Shown: one piece after another, positions 42,393 to 55,273 of the stretch | Layout of the letters: every line of letters starts with the position of its first letter | Position numbering within the stretch: position 1 is the stretch's first letter | DNA from: Octopus sinensis | Taxonomy: Eukaryota | Direction: 5' to 3' | Length of the DNA: 64,000 bases | Assembly: GCF_006345805.1 (NCBI RefSeq) | Contig: NC_043008.1 | Coordinates: forward strand, 67,828,001 to 67,892,000 | Notes under the pieces: model-generated | Database searches by the model: none | Told to the model about the DNA's origin: nothing | Seen by the model: only the letters and a program-made list of their open reading frames with translations | Position numbers and translations under genes: made by a program

Positions 42393-42568
42393 TGTCTGCC
42401 GCTACGTTCTGAGTTCAAATTCCGTCGAGGTCGACTTTGCCTTTCGTCCTTTCGAAGTCGATTAAATAAGTACCAGTTATGCACTGGGGTCGATATAATC
42501 AACTTAATCCGTTTATCTGTCCTTGTTTGTCCTCTCTGTGTTTAGCCCCTTGTGGGTAGTAAAGAAAT
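42393..42568 (+). mobile_element. 5'-truncated SINE family A (tail 1)
   Basis: Matches 2460-2640. Confidence 0.85.
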
Positions 42569-42571
42569 ATG

Positions 42572-42630
<59 letters not shown>

Positions 42631-42664
42631 GTATTGCGCACTTATTTACTCTGTTTTGTATATA

Positions 42665-42762
42665 TATAGGCACAGGCGCGACTGTGTGGTAAGAAGCATG
42701 CTTCCCAGCCAAATGGTTCCTGGTTCAGTCCCAGTGCATGGCACCTTGGGCAAGTGTCTACC
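42665..42762 (+). mobile_element. SINE family B head fragment
   Basis: ctgtgtggtaagaagc...ggttcagtccca...ggcaccttgggcaagtgtct. Confidence 0.75.
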
Positions 42763-42789
42763 CGCCGTGACCCATTGGGTCACAACCAC

Positions 42790-43470
42790 TCCAAGTTGAA
42801 AATGTCTATGCACAGCGGGAAAGGAAAAAGTACTATCTTGAATTTCATGCAATAAAATTCTTAAATAATACAGTTCTCCTGCCCTTGGTAAGGCAACATA
42901 ACACGACTAAGTGTTTCTTCTTTAAAAACGTTCAAATGACCTTCAACTTTTTTCCTCACATTTTTCTTTGCCATTCTTTGTTACTATTTTTCCAAGGGAA
43001 ATACATGGATACTTCAACAAAAAGTAATGTATTTGCAAAGTCATCATTGATGCACAATGAAAAGAATTCTGTCAATGTTGTTCTCATATGTCGCTCTTTG
43101 ACATCTATATATATCCTCATAATTTCTGAGCACTATTATTTGTTCATTTAGTAGATGAACTTGCAGTCTCACTATTGCAGGTACTCTGAAAATCTGCTTC
43201 GGATGGTCCAGTTTACCTACCCATTAGATATTATCATATTTCGTTATCATTCCAACTTGGTAATTTCCATTCAGTGTATACTTCAGGATGTACTTAACTG
43301 ACCTCACTGAAGCAACAATTTCAACGTTGCAGTGGCATTTGAATGCTCTTAAAAGAGTTTCATTATACGGTACAACCCATTTATTGTTGATTGTTTTTTT
43401 CTATTCTGAGATTCAACACTTTTCCATTGCAACACTTTTCCATTCGTCTATAAAGAGATAGCTTCTCTGT
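42790..43470 (-). pseudogene. Helitron Rep-helicase fragment
   Basis: INNKWVVPYNETLLRAFKCHCNVEIVASVRSVKYILKY...VRLQVHL...LTEFF...LSRVYVALPRAGELYYLRILL. Confidence 0.82.
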
Positions 43471-43795
43471 CAGTTGTTCTGCTTTTTGATTAAGATGATA
43501 AAGATTAATATTTTATTTTAAATAAAACAGTAATTTTCCCCTTTAAGAAAAAATAAATATATCAAATACCTGTGATTCAAAAATATCTCATAAAAATATA
43601 GGGATAATTTCTATCTTTCAAGTCTACAGCACATGCAAGGAAAAAGATATATTTTTAATGGAAGAAATGACTATTTTATTTGTAATCTTTATCATCTTAA
43701 TAAAATGAGTTTTATATGTGTGTGTGTGTGTGTGTGTCTGTATGTGTATGTGTATGTATATGTAGGTATACATATATATATTAATGATTACAACA

Positions 43796-43891
<96 letters not shown>

Positions 43892-43907
43892 TAATAATAA
43901 TAATAAT

Positions 43908-45899
43908 AGAAATGCCTGGAAATGTATAAAATAGCGCCTACTCTGCGAAACTTCTTGTCTGTAAGTATGAGATCATGGAGAACCACACTAATTTTGAACT
44001 GTGACAATGAATCTATAAATGCTGGTGATGTAAAAATTTCATGTGGCATTTTCCAGGGTGACTCACTATCACCACTCCTTTTTTGTTTAGCCTTGATACC
44101 TCTCTCAAAATTGCTCAATGACGCGCAGTACGGATATAAAATGTTTGATAAAAATATAAATCATGTCATTTACATGGATGATTTAAAGCTCTTTGCAAAA
44201 AATGACCAACAACTCAAGGGCTTACTAGCGATTGTTAAACAATTCAGTGATGACATCAGAATGCAATTTGGCCTCGATAAATGTGCAAAAGCTACCTTTA
44301 TCAAAAGAAAAATGACAGAAACATCTAACGTTAACCTTGACCAGCAGAATGTCATAAAAGAATTAGACCCAGCGGAGAGCTACAAGTACCTAGGGGTAAT
44401 TGAAGGGGACGGAATAAAGCATTCAGTGATGAAGGAAAGGATCAGGAGAGAATGTTATCGCAGAGTAAGAGCAATACTCAAGACAGAGCTGAATGCGAGA
44501 AACAGGATCGAAGCGATCAATGCTTTAGCCATACCAGTCGTGACTTACAGTTTCAATATCGTTAACTAGTCAATTACTGAAATATATAATCTTGACAGAA
44601 AAATACGAAAACTGTTGACAATGCATAGAATGTACCACCCTAAGGCAGATACAGAACGACTTCATCTGCCAAGAAAAGAGGGAGGCCGTGGACTTTTACA
44701 GCTGGCAATAACAATAAAGATTGCTACAATTGGCCTAGACACCTACCTGAAAAAGTCTGAAGACTGGATGTTAAAACTTGTCTCAAAACATGAAAACAAG
44801 AAAGCATCATACTCAGTAACAAAACAGGCAAAGGAATATCTAAGTGAATTCCGAATACAACAAATTTCGGAATTAGACATACAAGAAACGAGCACAAAAA
44901 AGCTAAGCACATGAAAACCCGTGCTAAAACTGCGGCCTTAGATATTCTGAATGATAAATGGCAAGAAAAACCTCTCTATGGCAAATACCCAAAGAGACCG
45001 AATAATGCAGATGTTGACAAAGCCCTGACCCATCAATGGCTAATGGCCTCTGACTTAAAATCTGAAACAGAAGGGTTTATCATAGCAGCTCAAGATCAAT
45101 GACTACCAACAAGAAACTACAAGGCCAACATATTAAAGAACAGCAGTAGCCCAACATGTCGTGTATGTCAACAACAAAATGAAACCATTGATCACGTTGT
45201 CTCCAAGTGCAGTCTTCTAGCGCCTACAGAGTATCTCAACAGGCATGATAGAGCTGCACAATATATTCACTGGGTAATTTGTAAAAACCTGGATTTGCCC
45301 CATGAAAAAAACTGGTGGGAACACAATCCACCTCCAGTGCTTGAAAATGACCACATCTCACTCATCTGGAATTTCACCATTCAAACTGACAGAAAGATAG
45401 ATGCACATAGGCCAGACATCATATTGAAAGACTTCAGACAAAGAACATGCCTCCTCATTGATATGACTGTCCCAATCGATATAAACGTATCTCTCAAGAC
45501 CTACCAAAAACTGAGCAAATATAAAGATCTTGAAATAGAAATCAGCAAAATGTGGAAACTGAAGACTAAAACACTACCTGTTGTCATAGGTGCCCTGGGA
45601 ATGATTGCTACCTAACTCAAATACCAGGAAACCCCAAAATGGCAGAAATTCAAAAGATAGTGCTCATGGGAACTGCTCATATCCTACGCAAAATACTTTC
45701 TATGTAATCTCAAGGTTTAAAACAAACATAATTTTCGGGGTTTTTTTTTAGACATTCACTAGTACAACACCAAAAAAAAAACAAATATATGGCACACTAG
45801 GCATAACAACAACATGAACTTTTAACCTGTTGTCTCTTGAGGTCTCTGGGTGAGACTTGGAGCCAACTTGTACAAATATAAAGCAAAAGTCAAACATAT
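43908..45899 (+). mobile_element. 5'-truncated R4/Dong-clade non-LTR retrotransposon (RT + CCHC + RLE) within (AAT)n
   Basis: GIFQGDSLSPLLF, YMDD, CRVCQQQNETIDHVVSKC (45157-45210), HRPDI...IDMTVP...KLSKYKDLE. A few stops and frameshifts; (AAT)n at 43798-43907 and 45900-45935. Confidence 0.92.
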
Positions 45900-45932
45900 A
45901 ATAATAATAACAATAGTAATGATAATAATAAT

Positions 45933-46528
45933 AATGCCCTGATGCAGTATAAATGCCCTGATGCAGTAATAAATGCCCTGATGCAGTACCAGGCGGTGGC
46001 TCTCATGGCTTCTGATCTTAACTGATTGGAAGTGCTATCATGTACATTGTTTTGTCTTGGAATAAAAGATGGGCTACAGCAAATATTCTGCTCAATACCA
46101 CAGATTTGCTTGTCAGTTGTTTGACCTTAACCAGTTGAGCATGTCCCTCAGTGGCTGACGATATGTGCATCTCTGATCACGAGCAGAAGTAGTGGGGGAG
46201 CATCATAGCCATGTGTTGAGAGGAATTCTTTGGGGTTTGAATAGTTCACCTCTAGAAACATGGGTGGTTCTTTCAACATCCTTAAACAACCCTTATTCAG
46301 GGACCGTTTGAGCGGGATGGGCTACTCAACTTGAAGAAAATTCTAACTGGGCCCCACCTTCAAGGTCATGTGCTGTTTATCTTGATATGAGATCACTATG
46401 TCGCGCACATATGGTTGTGATGCATGTGCCTGGTGTACCTTTATCAGACGGGTAGTCATGATGGGTATATTGGGCTTCGTATATTTTACCCCAGTGTCAC
46501 TTTGATGGCATGAACTGCTCTCTCACTC

Positions 46529-46530
<2 letters not shown>
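45933..46530 (+). mobile_element. Non-coding 'element D' copy 1 with (AAT)n tail
   Basis: Homologous to 46604-47135 and to 52991-53527 (minus strand). Confidence 0.85.
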
Positions 46531-46603
<73 letters not shown>

Positions 46604-46604
<1 letters not shown>

Positions 46605-47135
46605 GGTTTTCATGGCTTTTTATCTTAACTGATTGAAGATGTTATCATGTACGTTGTTTTGTCTTGGTATAAAAGATAGGCAAACAGCAAATATTCTGCT
46701 CAATACCACAGATTTGCTTGTCAGTTGTTTGACCTTAACCAGTTGACCAAGTCCCTTAGTGGTTGACGATATGTGCATCTCTGATCACAAGCAGAAGTGG
46801 AGGAACATCATAGCCGTATGTTGAGAGGATTTCTTTGGGGTTTGAATAATTCACCTCTGGAAACATGAGTGGTTCGTTTAACATCCTTAAACAACCCTTA
46901 TTCAGAGACCTTTTGAGTGGGATGGGCTACTCGACCAGAAGAAAATTCTAACTGGGCCCCACCTGCAAGGTCATGTGCTGTTCATCTTGATATGAGATCA
47001 CCATGTCATGCACATATTGTTGTGATGCATGTGCCTGGTGTGCCCTTATCAGACAGGTAGTCACGATGGATATAGTGGGCTTTGTATATTTTACCCCAGT
47101 ATCACTTTGATGGCATGCACTGCTCTCTCACTCAA
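46604..47135 (+). mobile_element. Element D copy 2 with (AAT)n tail
   Basis: Tandem to copy 1 and more diverged. Confidence 0.85.
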
Positions 47136-47145
47136 TAAAAATAAC

Positions 47146-47186
<41 letters not shown>

Positions 47187-47279
47187 TAACAATAACAATA
47201 ACAATAATAATAATGATGATGATGATGATGATGAGGAGGAGGAGGAGGGGAGGAGGAGGAGTGGGAGGAGGAGGAGGAT

Positions 47280-47550
47280 AGACCGATAGAATAAGTACAA
47301 GGCTTTATAGAAAGTAAATATCTGGGTTGATCCGGTTCGACCAAAATTCTCCAAGGTAGTGCTTCAGCATGGCTGCAGCCTTATGTCTTATGCAAATAAA
47401 AGATAAAAGATAAATCTTTCAGACAATAGGCACAAGGCCTGAAATTTTGCGAGAGTAGGCTAGTCGGTTATATCGACCCCAGTGCTCAACCTGAACTTAC
47501 TTCATCGACCCCAAAAGGATGAAAAACAAAGGCTAATTTGACGGAATTTA
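47280..47550. mobile_element. Family B 3' fragment (+) abutting a family A tail-2 fragment (-)
   Basis: ataagtac...gtagtgcttcagcatggctgcag, then ggcacaaggcc...tcgaccccagtgctc. Confidence 0.55.
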
Positions 47551-47627
47551 TTATTAATAATCGGCTGAGATTATAGAGTGACTCATGGGCCGAGAATTTC
47601 GTGTATTGCCATACTGACACACATATA

Positions 47628-48182
47628 CAGGGTCAGGCAAAATGATCTGACACATTTGTAGGTTAAATAAAAGGCAAATGAAGTAAAGAAACAAAAAAGT
47701 GTTTTTATTTTTGAAAAGTACATATAATGCCATTTTGTTTCATTATGTTTTAAAAATTAAATCAGTCAAATGGGATCCATTATTGTCCACACTCTGTCGA
47801 AGGCGTTCGCGAAAGTTGTCAATAACTCGGCGGGTCATTTCATGTGGAATGGCAGTAATTTCTTGACGAATTGCATCTTTAAGTTCTGGCGGTGCGAGGT
47901 CGGCCGGTTGATTTTCGTTTCAATGCAGATCCAGTAGCTCTGAAGTTGGTAACCCATAACAAGATCGTGTTTCGAGCTGGTACGGGATCATGTCTACCAA
48001 GATTGAAGTGCAAACGGAACGCTCTTTGTGTTGCAGTTACAGAATCGTTTGTTTTGATAAACGTTTCCACAATGAAAGCGCGATGCTCACCAGTCCAATT
48101 CATGGCAGCAACTGAAAAAGAAACGAAAAACAATGCCTTTTATTTAACCTACAAATGTATCAGATCATTTTGCCTGACCCTG
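47628..48182 (-). mobile_element. Internally deleted Tc1/mariner element (rosa/DD41D-like by its termini), both ~49 bp TIRs intact
   Basis: CAGGGTCAGGCAAAATGATCTGA...TIRs with TA TSDs. N-terminal MNWTGEHRAFIVETF...GRPRT is fused out of frame to C-terminal ELKDAIRQEI...NGSHL; the catalytic core is absent. Confidence 0.9.
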
Positions 48183-48616
48183 TATATAGATATATCTATA
48201 CTACGGAATTGATTGGTATTTCATAGTCGCAGACATACGCAATACCCCGGGTTGCAACAAAAATTCTACCGTCTATTTACGCTTGTAAGAAGCCCGAGTA
48301 ATTAAGCTCTTATTAATGTATTCTGGGTGACCAAAGACAAGATCCAAGTTTGAATAAATTAATAAACGCTCGTGTGGGTATTACGCACTTATTTACTCTG
48401 TTTTGTAAACTCAAGCACACGCGCACACACGCGCTTGCGCGTGTATTACGCCTATAAAGGAACGAAGAAATTTAAAATCTTTTTCATTACATAAACTTGT
48501 GTCATAAACAGCCTTCCATCGTTTTTTTCCTGTCGGCCATCTCCCACTTCCCTCCATTTGGTATTACGTTTGTTTTGCTAAACACTTCCGGTGCAATCAC
48601 TAAACTGTGAATTTTA

Positions 48617-48649
<33 letters not shown>

Positions 48650-48741
48650 GTGTGTGTGTGTGTGTGGTGTGTGTGTGTGTGCATGCGTGTGTGTATGTAT
48701 GCATGTATTCTTGTATGTGTTTTTGTGTGTATGAGTGTGTG

Positions 48742-48775
<34 letters not shown>

Positions 48776-48949
48776 ATATGTACACACACACATTTACATA
48801 TACTTATATGTACACATATATACATATATATACACATATATACAACCATATGTATATATATGTCTGTTGTGTGTACTTTATATATATATATATATATATA
48901 TATACATACTTTATATTGTATACGTTTTTCTAAAGGTGTAAGCGTGTTT

Positions 48950-49011
<62 letters not shown>

Positions 49012-49016
49012 TGATT

Positions 49017-49091
<75 letters not shown>

Positions 49092-49127
49092 GTGGAGTAT
49101 TACCATGAATGCAGGAAGTGAATAGAT

Positions 49128-49310
49128 AGGTGCGGAAGTAAATAGATTGGTAAGAAGCTTGCTTTCCTAACCACAGGGTTCCGGGTTCCGGGTTCCCACT
49201 GCGTGACACCTTGTGCAAGTGTCTTCTACTATTGCCTCGAACCGGCCTAAGCCTTGTTAGTGGATTTGGTAGACGGAAACTGAAAGAAGTCTGTTGTATA
49301 TGAGTTTATA

Positions 49311-49349
<39 letters not shown>

Positions 49350-49503
49350 TGTGTGTGTTGTGTGTGTGTGTGTGTGTATCTTTGTGCCTGTGTTTGTCAT
49401 CCTACCACCGCTTGACAAACGGTGTTGGTGTGTTTACGTCCCCATAACTTAGTGGTTCGGCCAAAAAAACCGATAAAATAAGTACCAGTCTTTAAAAAAT
49501 AAG
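49128..49503 (+). mobile_element. SINE family B, 3'-truncated
   Basis: Family B head, (TG)n tract and core. Confidence 0.8.
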
Positions 49504-49506
49504 TGT

Positions 49507-49562
<56 letters not shown>

Positions 49563-49929
49563 GTAGCTGTAAACTCCTGTTCAAAAAGTTCAACGCATGC
49601 GAAGGCTACGACTAACCATTTTGGAGACAAATCTTACTTTTTTTTTATAAACGATGTCTGTGCATGATGATTTTTTGTCGTGGGGAAAGGATTTGCACAA
49701 ATCCAATCCCACTCTCTGACCAGGGACAAAAACTCGAAAAGAACTCATCTACATTATCGAATATTGTCAGTGTCGCAGGTTTTCTCTTAGAGAGATGTTG
49801 TGAAAACAGGGGTCCTCCCACTCCCAGTGGGCCAACCGCGCTCCTGGACACCAACCCAGGAATTTTCACGCCCCCGTGCATACATACATACATACATAAT
49901 AATGTGCACATATTGTTAGATGGTTGTTG

Positions 49930-50112
49930 ACTTCTTATGAGCTCTTCCGCCCTTTGACAGGTCATATTCTTCGTCCCGCAGGGTATTTAACAATCACCGT
50001 CCTCACCAAGCAAGCTTTATGGGATTACCATTTTAGTCACCCACGACCCGCCCATGCAGTAGGTTGTACTGGGCTACATGTTACCAGTAGCGCCCAAGAG
50101 CGATCTGACATG
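49930..50112 (+). mobile_element. Element E 3' fragment
   Basis: Homologous to ~6515-6695. Confidence 0.6.
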
Positions 50113-50116
50113 TATT

Positions 50117-51359
50117 CAGGGTGCGGTGAATAAATTGTCGTCTACATTACGTAAAAATGAAAATAACTCTGACAACTCATTTTAACACATATATTTACCA
50201 AAATTGCATAAAAATATCCTGAAATACTAAAGAGTAAATCTATTCAATAAAATTGCCATTGGCTTCAACCAATGTTTAAGTTGGTGAATGCTGCCATAAT
50301 CATTACCTTCAGTTCATCTTTGGTGTTACAAGGAGTTTTGCTGGTCTCTCGCTCAACTGTGCCCCACACATCATAATCAAGGAGGTTGCAGTCTGGAGAG
50401 TTAAGTGGCCAGATATTAGGGGTGATGTAATCGCAGAAATTGTCTGACAGCCATGACTGGGTTCTCATGCTTGTGTGACATGGTGCAGAGTCCTGTTGCC
50501 CAACATAGGGTCTTCCAGCAGCCACCTCTTGACCCAGGGCAGCACTACATCCTGCAGGCACTTGATATAGCCCTTCGTGTTGAATTTGAGGCCGTGTGAG
50601 GAGATGAATGGAGGCATAACGTCGCCATCACTAGTGATTACTTAAAACACCATTATGCTAACTGGATGTTTGATTTTTATCATTCTCGATGCATGTTTTG
50701 GGGACACGGCAGGCCAATGATTGTTCTGCGTGTTCACCATCTGATCCTGGCAGAAATTTTTCTCGTCTGTGGAAAACCAAAGCATGTTCGGTTGGAGGGG
50801 ATGCTTGACTTCGTTCAAAAGCTTCGTAGCGCGATATTTCCTCTTGTCCTGATGACTTGGGATAAAAATTGGCCCTTTCTCATTTTGTACGTGTAATACC
50901 GAATGTCTTCATGCACTACCTGCCTGATAAGAAGCTCATACACTCCCGTGTCCCTGGCAATGGACCTGATTGACTTGGAGGGATCGTTGTCCATCGTGAC
51001 TTGGATCACACCGACAAATTCAAGAGTTATTTTCTCATCAGAACGATCAGAGTGAGTTTTCCAAGCTGCCATACTTTCGTAATCACCATTAGACTAATCC
51101 AACTCTTTCCGAATCCTCTGCACTATTCTCAAATTGCCACCCAAACACTCAGAAATGTTCGTATTTGGAGCTTCCAAGCAGTACAGCATGTCGATTCCAA
51201 ATTTCTGGCAGAGTGAATTGTGTCATGCTGGTGCTTTTCTCACAAACGGTGCCCACCTGACTCTACCATACTGTGTAGTCGACAAAATCAAAAACAAACA
51301 ATGCGCATGAACGAAATTAAAATATAAAACAGCGACAACAATTTACCCATCGCACACTG
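50117..51359 (-). mobile_element. Full-length but degenerate DD37D (maT/mori-type) transposon
   Basis: Imperfect TIRs CAGGGTGCGGTGAATAAATTGTCG / CGACAACAATTTACCCATCGCACACTG; QQDSAPCH...(37 aa)...NLLDY.VW. Confidence 0.85.
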
Positions 51360-51361
51360 CT

Positions 51362-51438
<77 letters not shown>

Positions 51439-51445
<7 letters not shown>

Positions 51446-51552
51446 ATCACGTGACCGACCAGACCATCAGATGTTGCTACACATCGCTGGTCACAATGCG
51501 TTCACATTGTTTTAGCCTTCGAATGACGCCACCCCGCTGGCTAAACGAGCAG

Positions 51553-51557
<5 letters not shown>
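51439..51557. repeat. Short element embedded in (TA)n, starting with a 16-bp palindrome
   Basis: TCACGTGATCACGTGA at 51439-51454; (TA)n on both sides. Confidence 0.4.
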
Positions 51558-51637
<80 letters not shown>

Positions 51638-51704
51638 GTTACATACATACATACATACATATATATACATATCTAGCTGGCTGTGTACATAGGAATACCT
51701 CTAT

Positions 51705-51829
<125 letters not shown>

Positions 51830-51830
51830 G

Positions 51831-52124
51831 CTTTTATTTGTTTCAGTTATTTATCTGCGGCATGCTGGAGCACCGCCTTAGAGAGTATTTAATCGAAGAA
51901 ATCTACCCCAGAACTTATTCTTTGTAAACCTAGTACTTATTCTATCAGTTTCTTTCACCGAATTGCTAAGTACAGAGAGATAAGAACATCAAATCCGTTC
52001 ACAAGGCTTCGGTAGACCGAGGCTATAGTAAATGACACTTGCCCAAGGTACCACGCAGTTGAACTGAACCCAGAACCATGTGGCTGGGAAGCAAGCTTCT
52101 TACCACACGGCCACCTCTGCGCCT
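51831..52124 (-). mobile_element. SINE family B with internal deletion
   Basis: Head and tail present; the microsatellite-bearing middle is missing. Confidence 0.8.
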
Positions 52125-52990
52125 AATGTGTGTGTGTATGTATGTGTGCGTGTATGTGTGTACAATATACACACACATATACGCACCCACACACACCCAC
52201 ACACACACACATGCATTCAGTCATACGAAAAGATAAATTGATAGGTATGTGTGTATTTGTTTTCTGTGTGTTTGTGTGTCGTGGGTATGTTTGTAAACAG
52301 AAGAACCAGTTGTAATCAGTCCAACTTCCGAAATCGCCTCAATTCAAACAAGACCTCAAGGTGAGAAGTGGTGCGATTTGAAGTCATTGACCCAGTTTAG
52401 AGATCATCAGCCTTCCGTCCTGCCATCTACCTCTACATCTACTCAGAATTGCTTAATAGTTTTTGAGGTTTTCAGTAGGTTAACACTCCCACTAAAACAA
52501 TTATTAATTGGTTTCATCAAGCGTTGTTTAATTGGAAAACTTAAGGCTTCTTCTGAAAGAGTTATATATATATTAATTGTTTTGTTATTGTTTTAATACA
52601 ATGTTTAAGAGTTGTTGCAAAAGAACGCTTGTAAAGTCAACAGGAGACGCTTGAGCTAACTAGGAAGGCGGGCCTCTACTTGGCACTTAATTTGCTAGAA
52701 ACAGCAGCCAAGTTCAACCAAATCACACTCGGACCACACTCAACAGTCTTTGAGGAAAAAGAAAGGATATGTTGGATAATCAGATACACAGGAAATTTGG
52801 GGGGATGGGGAGGAATTATTAATTTACTAGTTGGTTATGGCCGAAACGTCATTGGTCCTATGCCGTAGCTTTAATTAGTGTGTGTGCGCGCGCGCTTGTG
52901 CACATCATATCAAGATTCTATCTGTTGTTTATTATATGCTAGCATTTGTTTTTTGTGTGTTTCCTTGCTGGCTAATAAATATTATCATTA

Positions 52991-53527
52991 TTGAGTGAGA
53001 GAGCAGTGCATGCCATCAAAGTGGCACTGGGGTAAAATATACGAAGCCCAGTATACCCATCATGACTACCCGTCTGATAAGGTTACACTAGGCACGTGCA
53101 TCACAACCATATGTGCGCGACATAGTGATCTCATATCAAGATAAACAGCACATGACCTTGAAGGTGGGGCCCAGTTAGAATTTTCTTCTGGTCGAGTAAC
53201 CCATCCCGCTCAAAAGGTCCCCGAATAAGGGTTGTTTAAGGATGTTGAACGAAACACCCATGTTTCCATAGTTGAATTATCCAAACCCCAAAGAATTCCT
53301 CTCATCACATGGCTATGATGCTCCCCCACTATTTCTGCTTGTGATCAGAGATGCACATATCGTCAACCACTAAGGGACATGGTCAACTGGTTACGGTCAA
53401 ACAACTGAAAAGCAAATCTGCGGTATTGAGCAGAATATTTGCTGTAGCCCATCTTTTATTCCAAGACAAAACAATGTACATGCTAACACTTCCAATCAGT
53501 ATGTACATGATAACACTTCCAATCAGT
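52991..53527 (-). mobile_element. Element D copy 3
   Basis: Reverse complement of copy 1, with a 27-nt 5' duplication. Confidence 0.88.
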
Positions 53528-53559
53528 TTGTTGTTGTTGTTGTTGTTATCTTCATTAAT

Positions 53560-54848
53560 ATCTTTCAATTCTGTTTCCATTTCTTGCCGGGTATCTTCCT
53601 GACACCTAGGGCAGAGAAAGGTACTGTATACATTGGTAGGTCATTAAAATAAACACACCAGATTGTTCATTTACAGAGTCATGTAATAGAGATAAAGGAA
53701 AAAATAAAAAGTCAAGGAGTATTCTCAAATAATTTTCAGTTCTTTTTTTGATCATTCCAAGTGCTCCTACAATCACTGGTATTGTATCCGTCTTGAGATG
53801 CCACATCTTTTCGATTTCGATTAGCAGATCTTTATATTTTCTGAGCTTATCAAATTCCTTTGCCGAGATATTATGGTCACAGGGTACCATGTCAATCAAT
53901 AATTCATTCTCTGCCTTTAGCCCTGGGCTCCGTAGGCATGGATGGGTGTGATTCTGGTCTACATCAGCTTGTTTGCTACGAGCTGCGTATTTGCCCTGCA
54001 GAGATTTTGTTCCCACCTATCAGCTAATTGTTCAAGTTCATTTTGCTTTGCTATTGATTTCACCTTCTTTGCAACTACAGTTGCTGCACATTCCTCATGC
54101 TGTTAAACCTAGGTATTATGCATAAACTCACTTGAAAAATTTTTGCTCTCCTTCATAACAGAAAAAAAGCTTCTTACATCTGTCATGGTTTTCAACGAGC
54201 TTTAGCATCCAGTCGTTAGACGTTTCAAGATATTTTATCAGTCCAGTTGTGGTGGTTTCGTAGATTTCAAACTGGATCAAGCCTCAACCTCCTTGAACTC
54301 TGGGTTGGTAAAGATGATATACGTCTGCCTTTGGGTAGTGCATCTTATTGCAAGTTAGTAGCTTACGGATTTTCCTATCAATCTTCCTTATTTCGCTCAA
54401 CACATTGAAACTGTAAATAACAACAGGAACTGCTAAGGAATTTATAGCTAACACTTTGTTACGCGCATTGGTAACTTGGATTTTAGGACTACTCGAACTC
54501 TCCTGTAACACTCTTTCCTGATCTTTTCTTTCATACTTCCATGTTGAATGTCAGACCCCTCATTTATTTCGAGGTATTTGTAAGTTTGTTCCTGCTCGAG
54601 TTCTTTTATGTCTGTGTCAACATCCAACACCACTGAATGTGAGGTCTTCAGTTTTCCTTTCTGGAAAGTAGCCTTGGCACATATATCAAGACCAAATTTC
54701 ATCCCAATGACATCACTGAATGCTCTTACAGTACGTAGTAGTCCTTCAAGCTCATTATTGTCTTTGCCATAGAGTTTTAAGTTATCCATCTAAAATAGGT
54801 GACTTTTCTTGTCACCAATTTTATATCTATACCCTGTTCTGTTGAGAC
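53560..54848 (-). mobile_element. Second R4/Dong-type element, 5'-truncated and internally deleted
   Basis: MDNLKLYGK...YKYLE...RECYRRVR...LAVPVV.YSF...YQPRVQGGRGL...LQGKY...GLKAE|NE|LLIDM...KYKDL (CCHC and RPD region missing). Confidence 0.85.
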
Positions 54849-54889
54849 CTATTATTATTTTTGTTGTTGTTTTTATTATTATTTTCCAA

Positions 54890-55185
54890 TTGATCTGCCT
54901 TTTATTTCATCTTTCGGCCGGCCTCAACCAGAGACCTAAAGTACGTATATATTAGATGGGGAGAAACTTCCTGAGAAAGTGGGCGATTGATGTCAACACA
55001 ATTTTTTTAGTCTCATAGTTTGTTGGTTTCCCAGCGATCTGGTAAAAAAAAACTTGTCATTACCTTTTTTGTTCATTCCTAGGATACTAGGATGGTTTTC
55101 CTTTTTAATTGCCACGTCCTAGATATCTCAATCACAAGGTCTTTTATATTTCGACAATTTTTCAAATCCCTTTGCTGAGATATCA
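54890..55185 (-). mobile_element. Third R4/Dong-type 3' end fragment
   Basis: ISAKGFEKLSKYKDLVIEISRTWQLK...; 3' UTR ggtctctggttgag followed by an (AAT/AAC)n tail. Confidence 0.7.
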
Positions 55186-55207
55186 TCATCATCATCATTA
55201 TTATTAT

Positions 55208-55257
<50 letters not shown>

Positions 55258-55273
55258 TATTATTATTATATTA

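Noticed and set aside
54905-54930. Minus-strand CTGGTTGAGGCCGGCCGAAAG resembling a hammerhead core
   Set aside because: The core is non-canonical with no stem III; it is the Dong 3' UTR motif also seen at ~45841.
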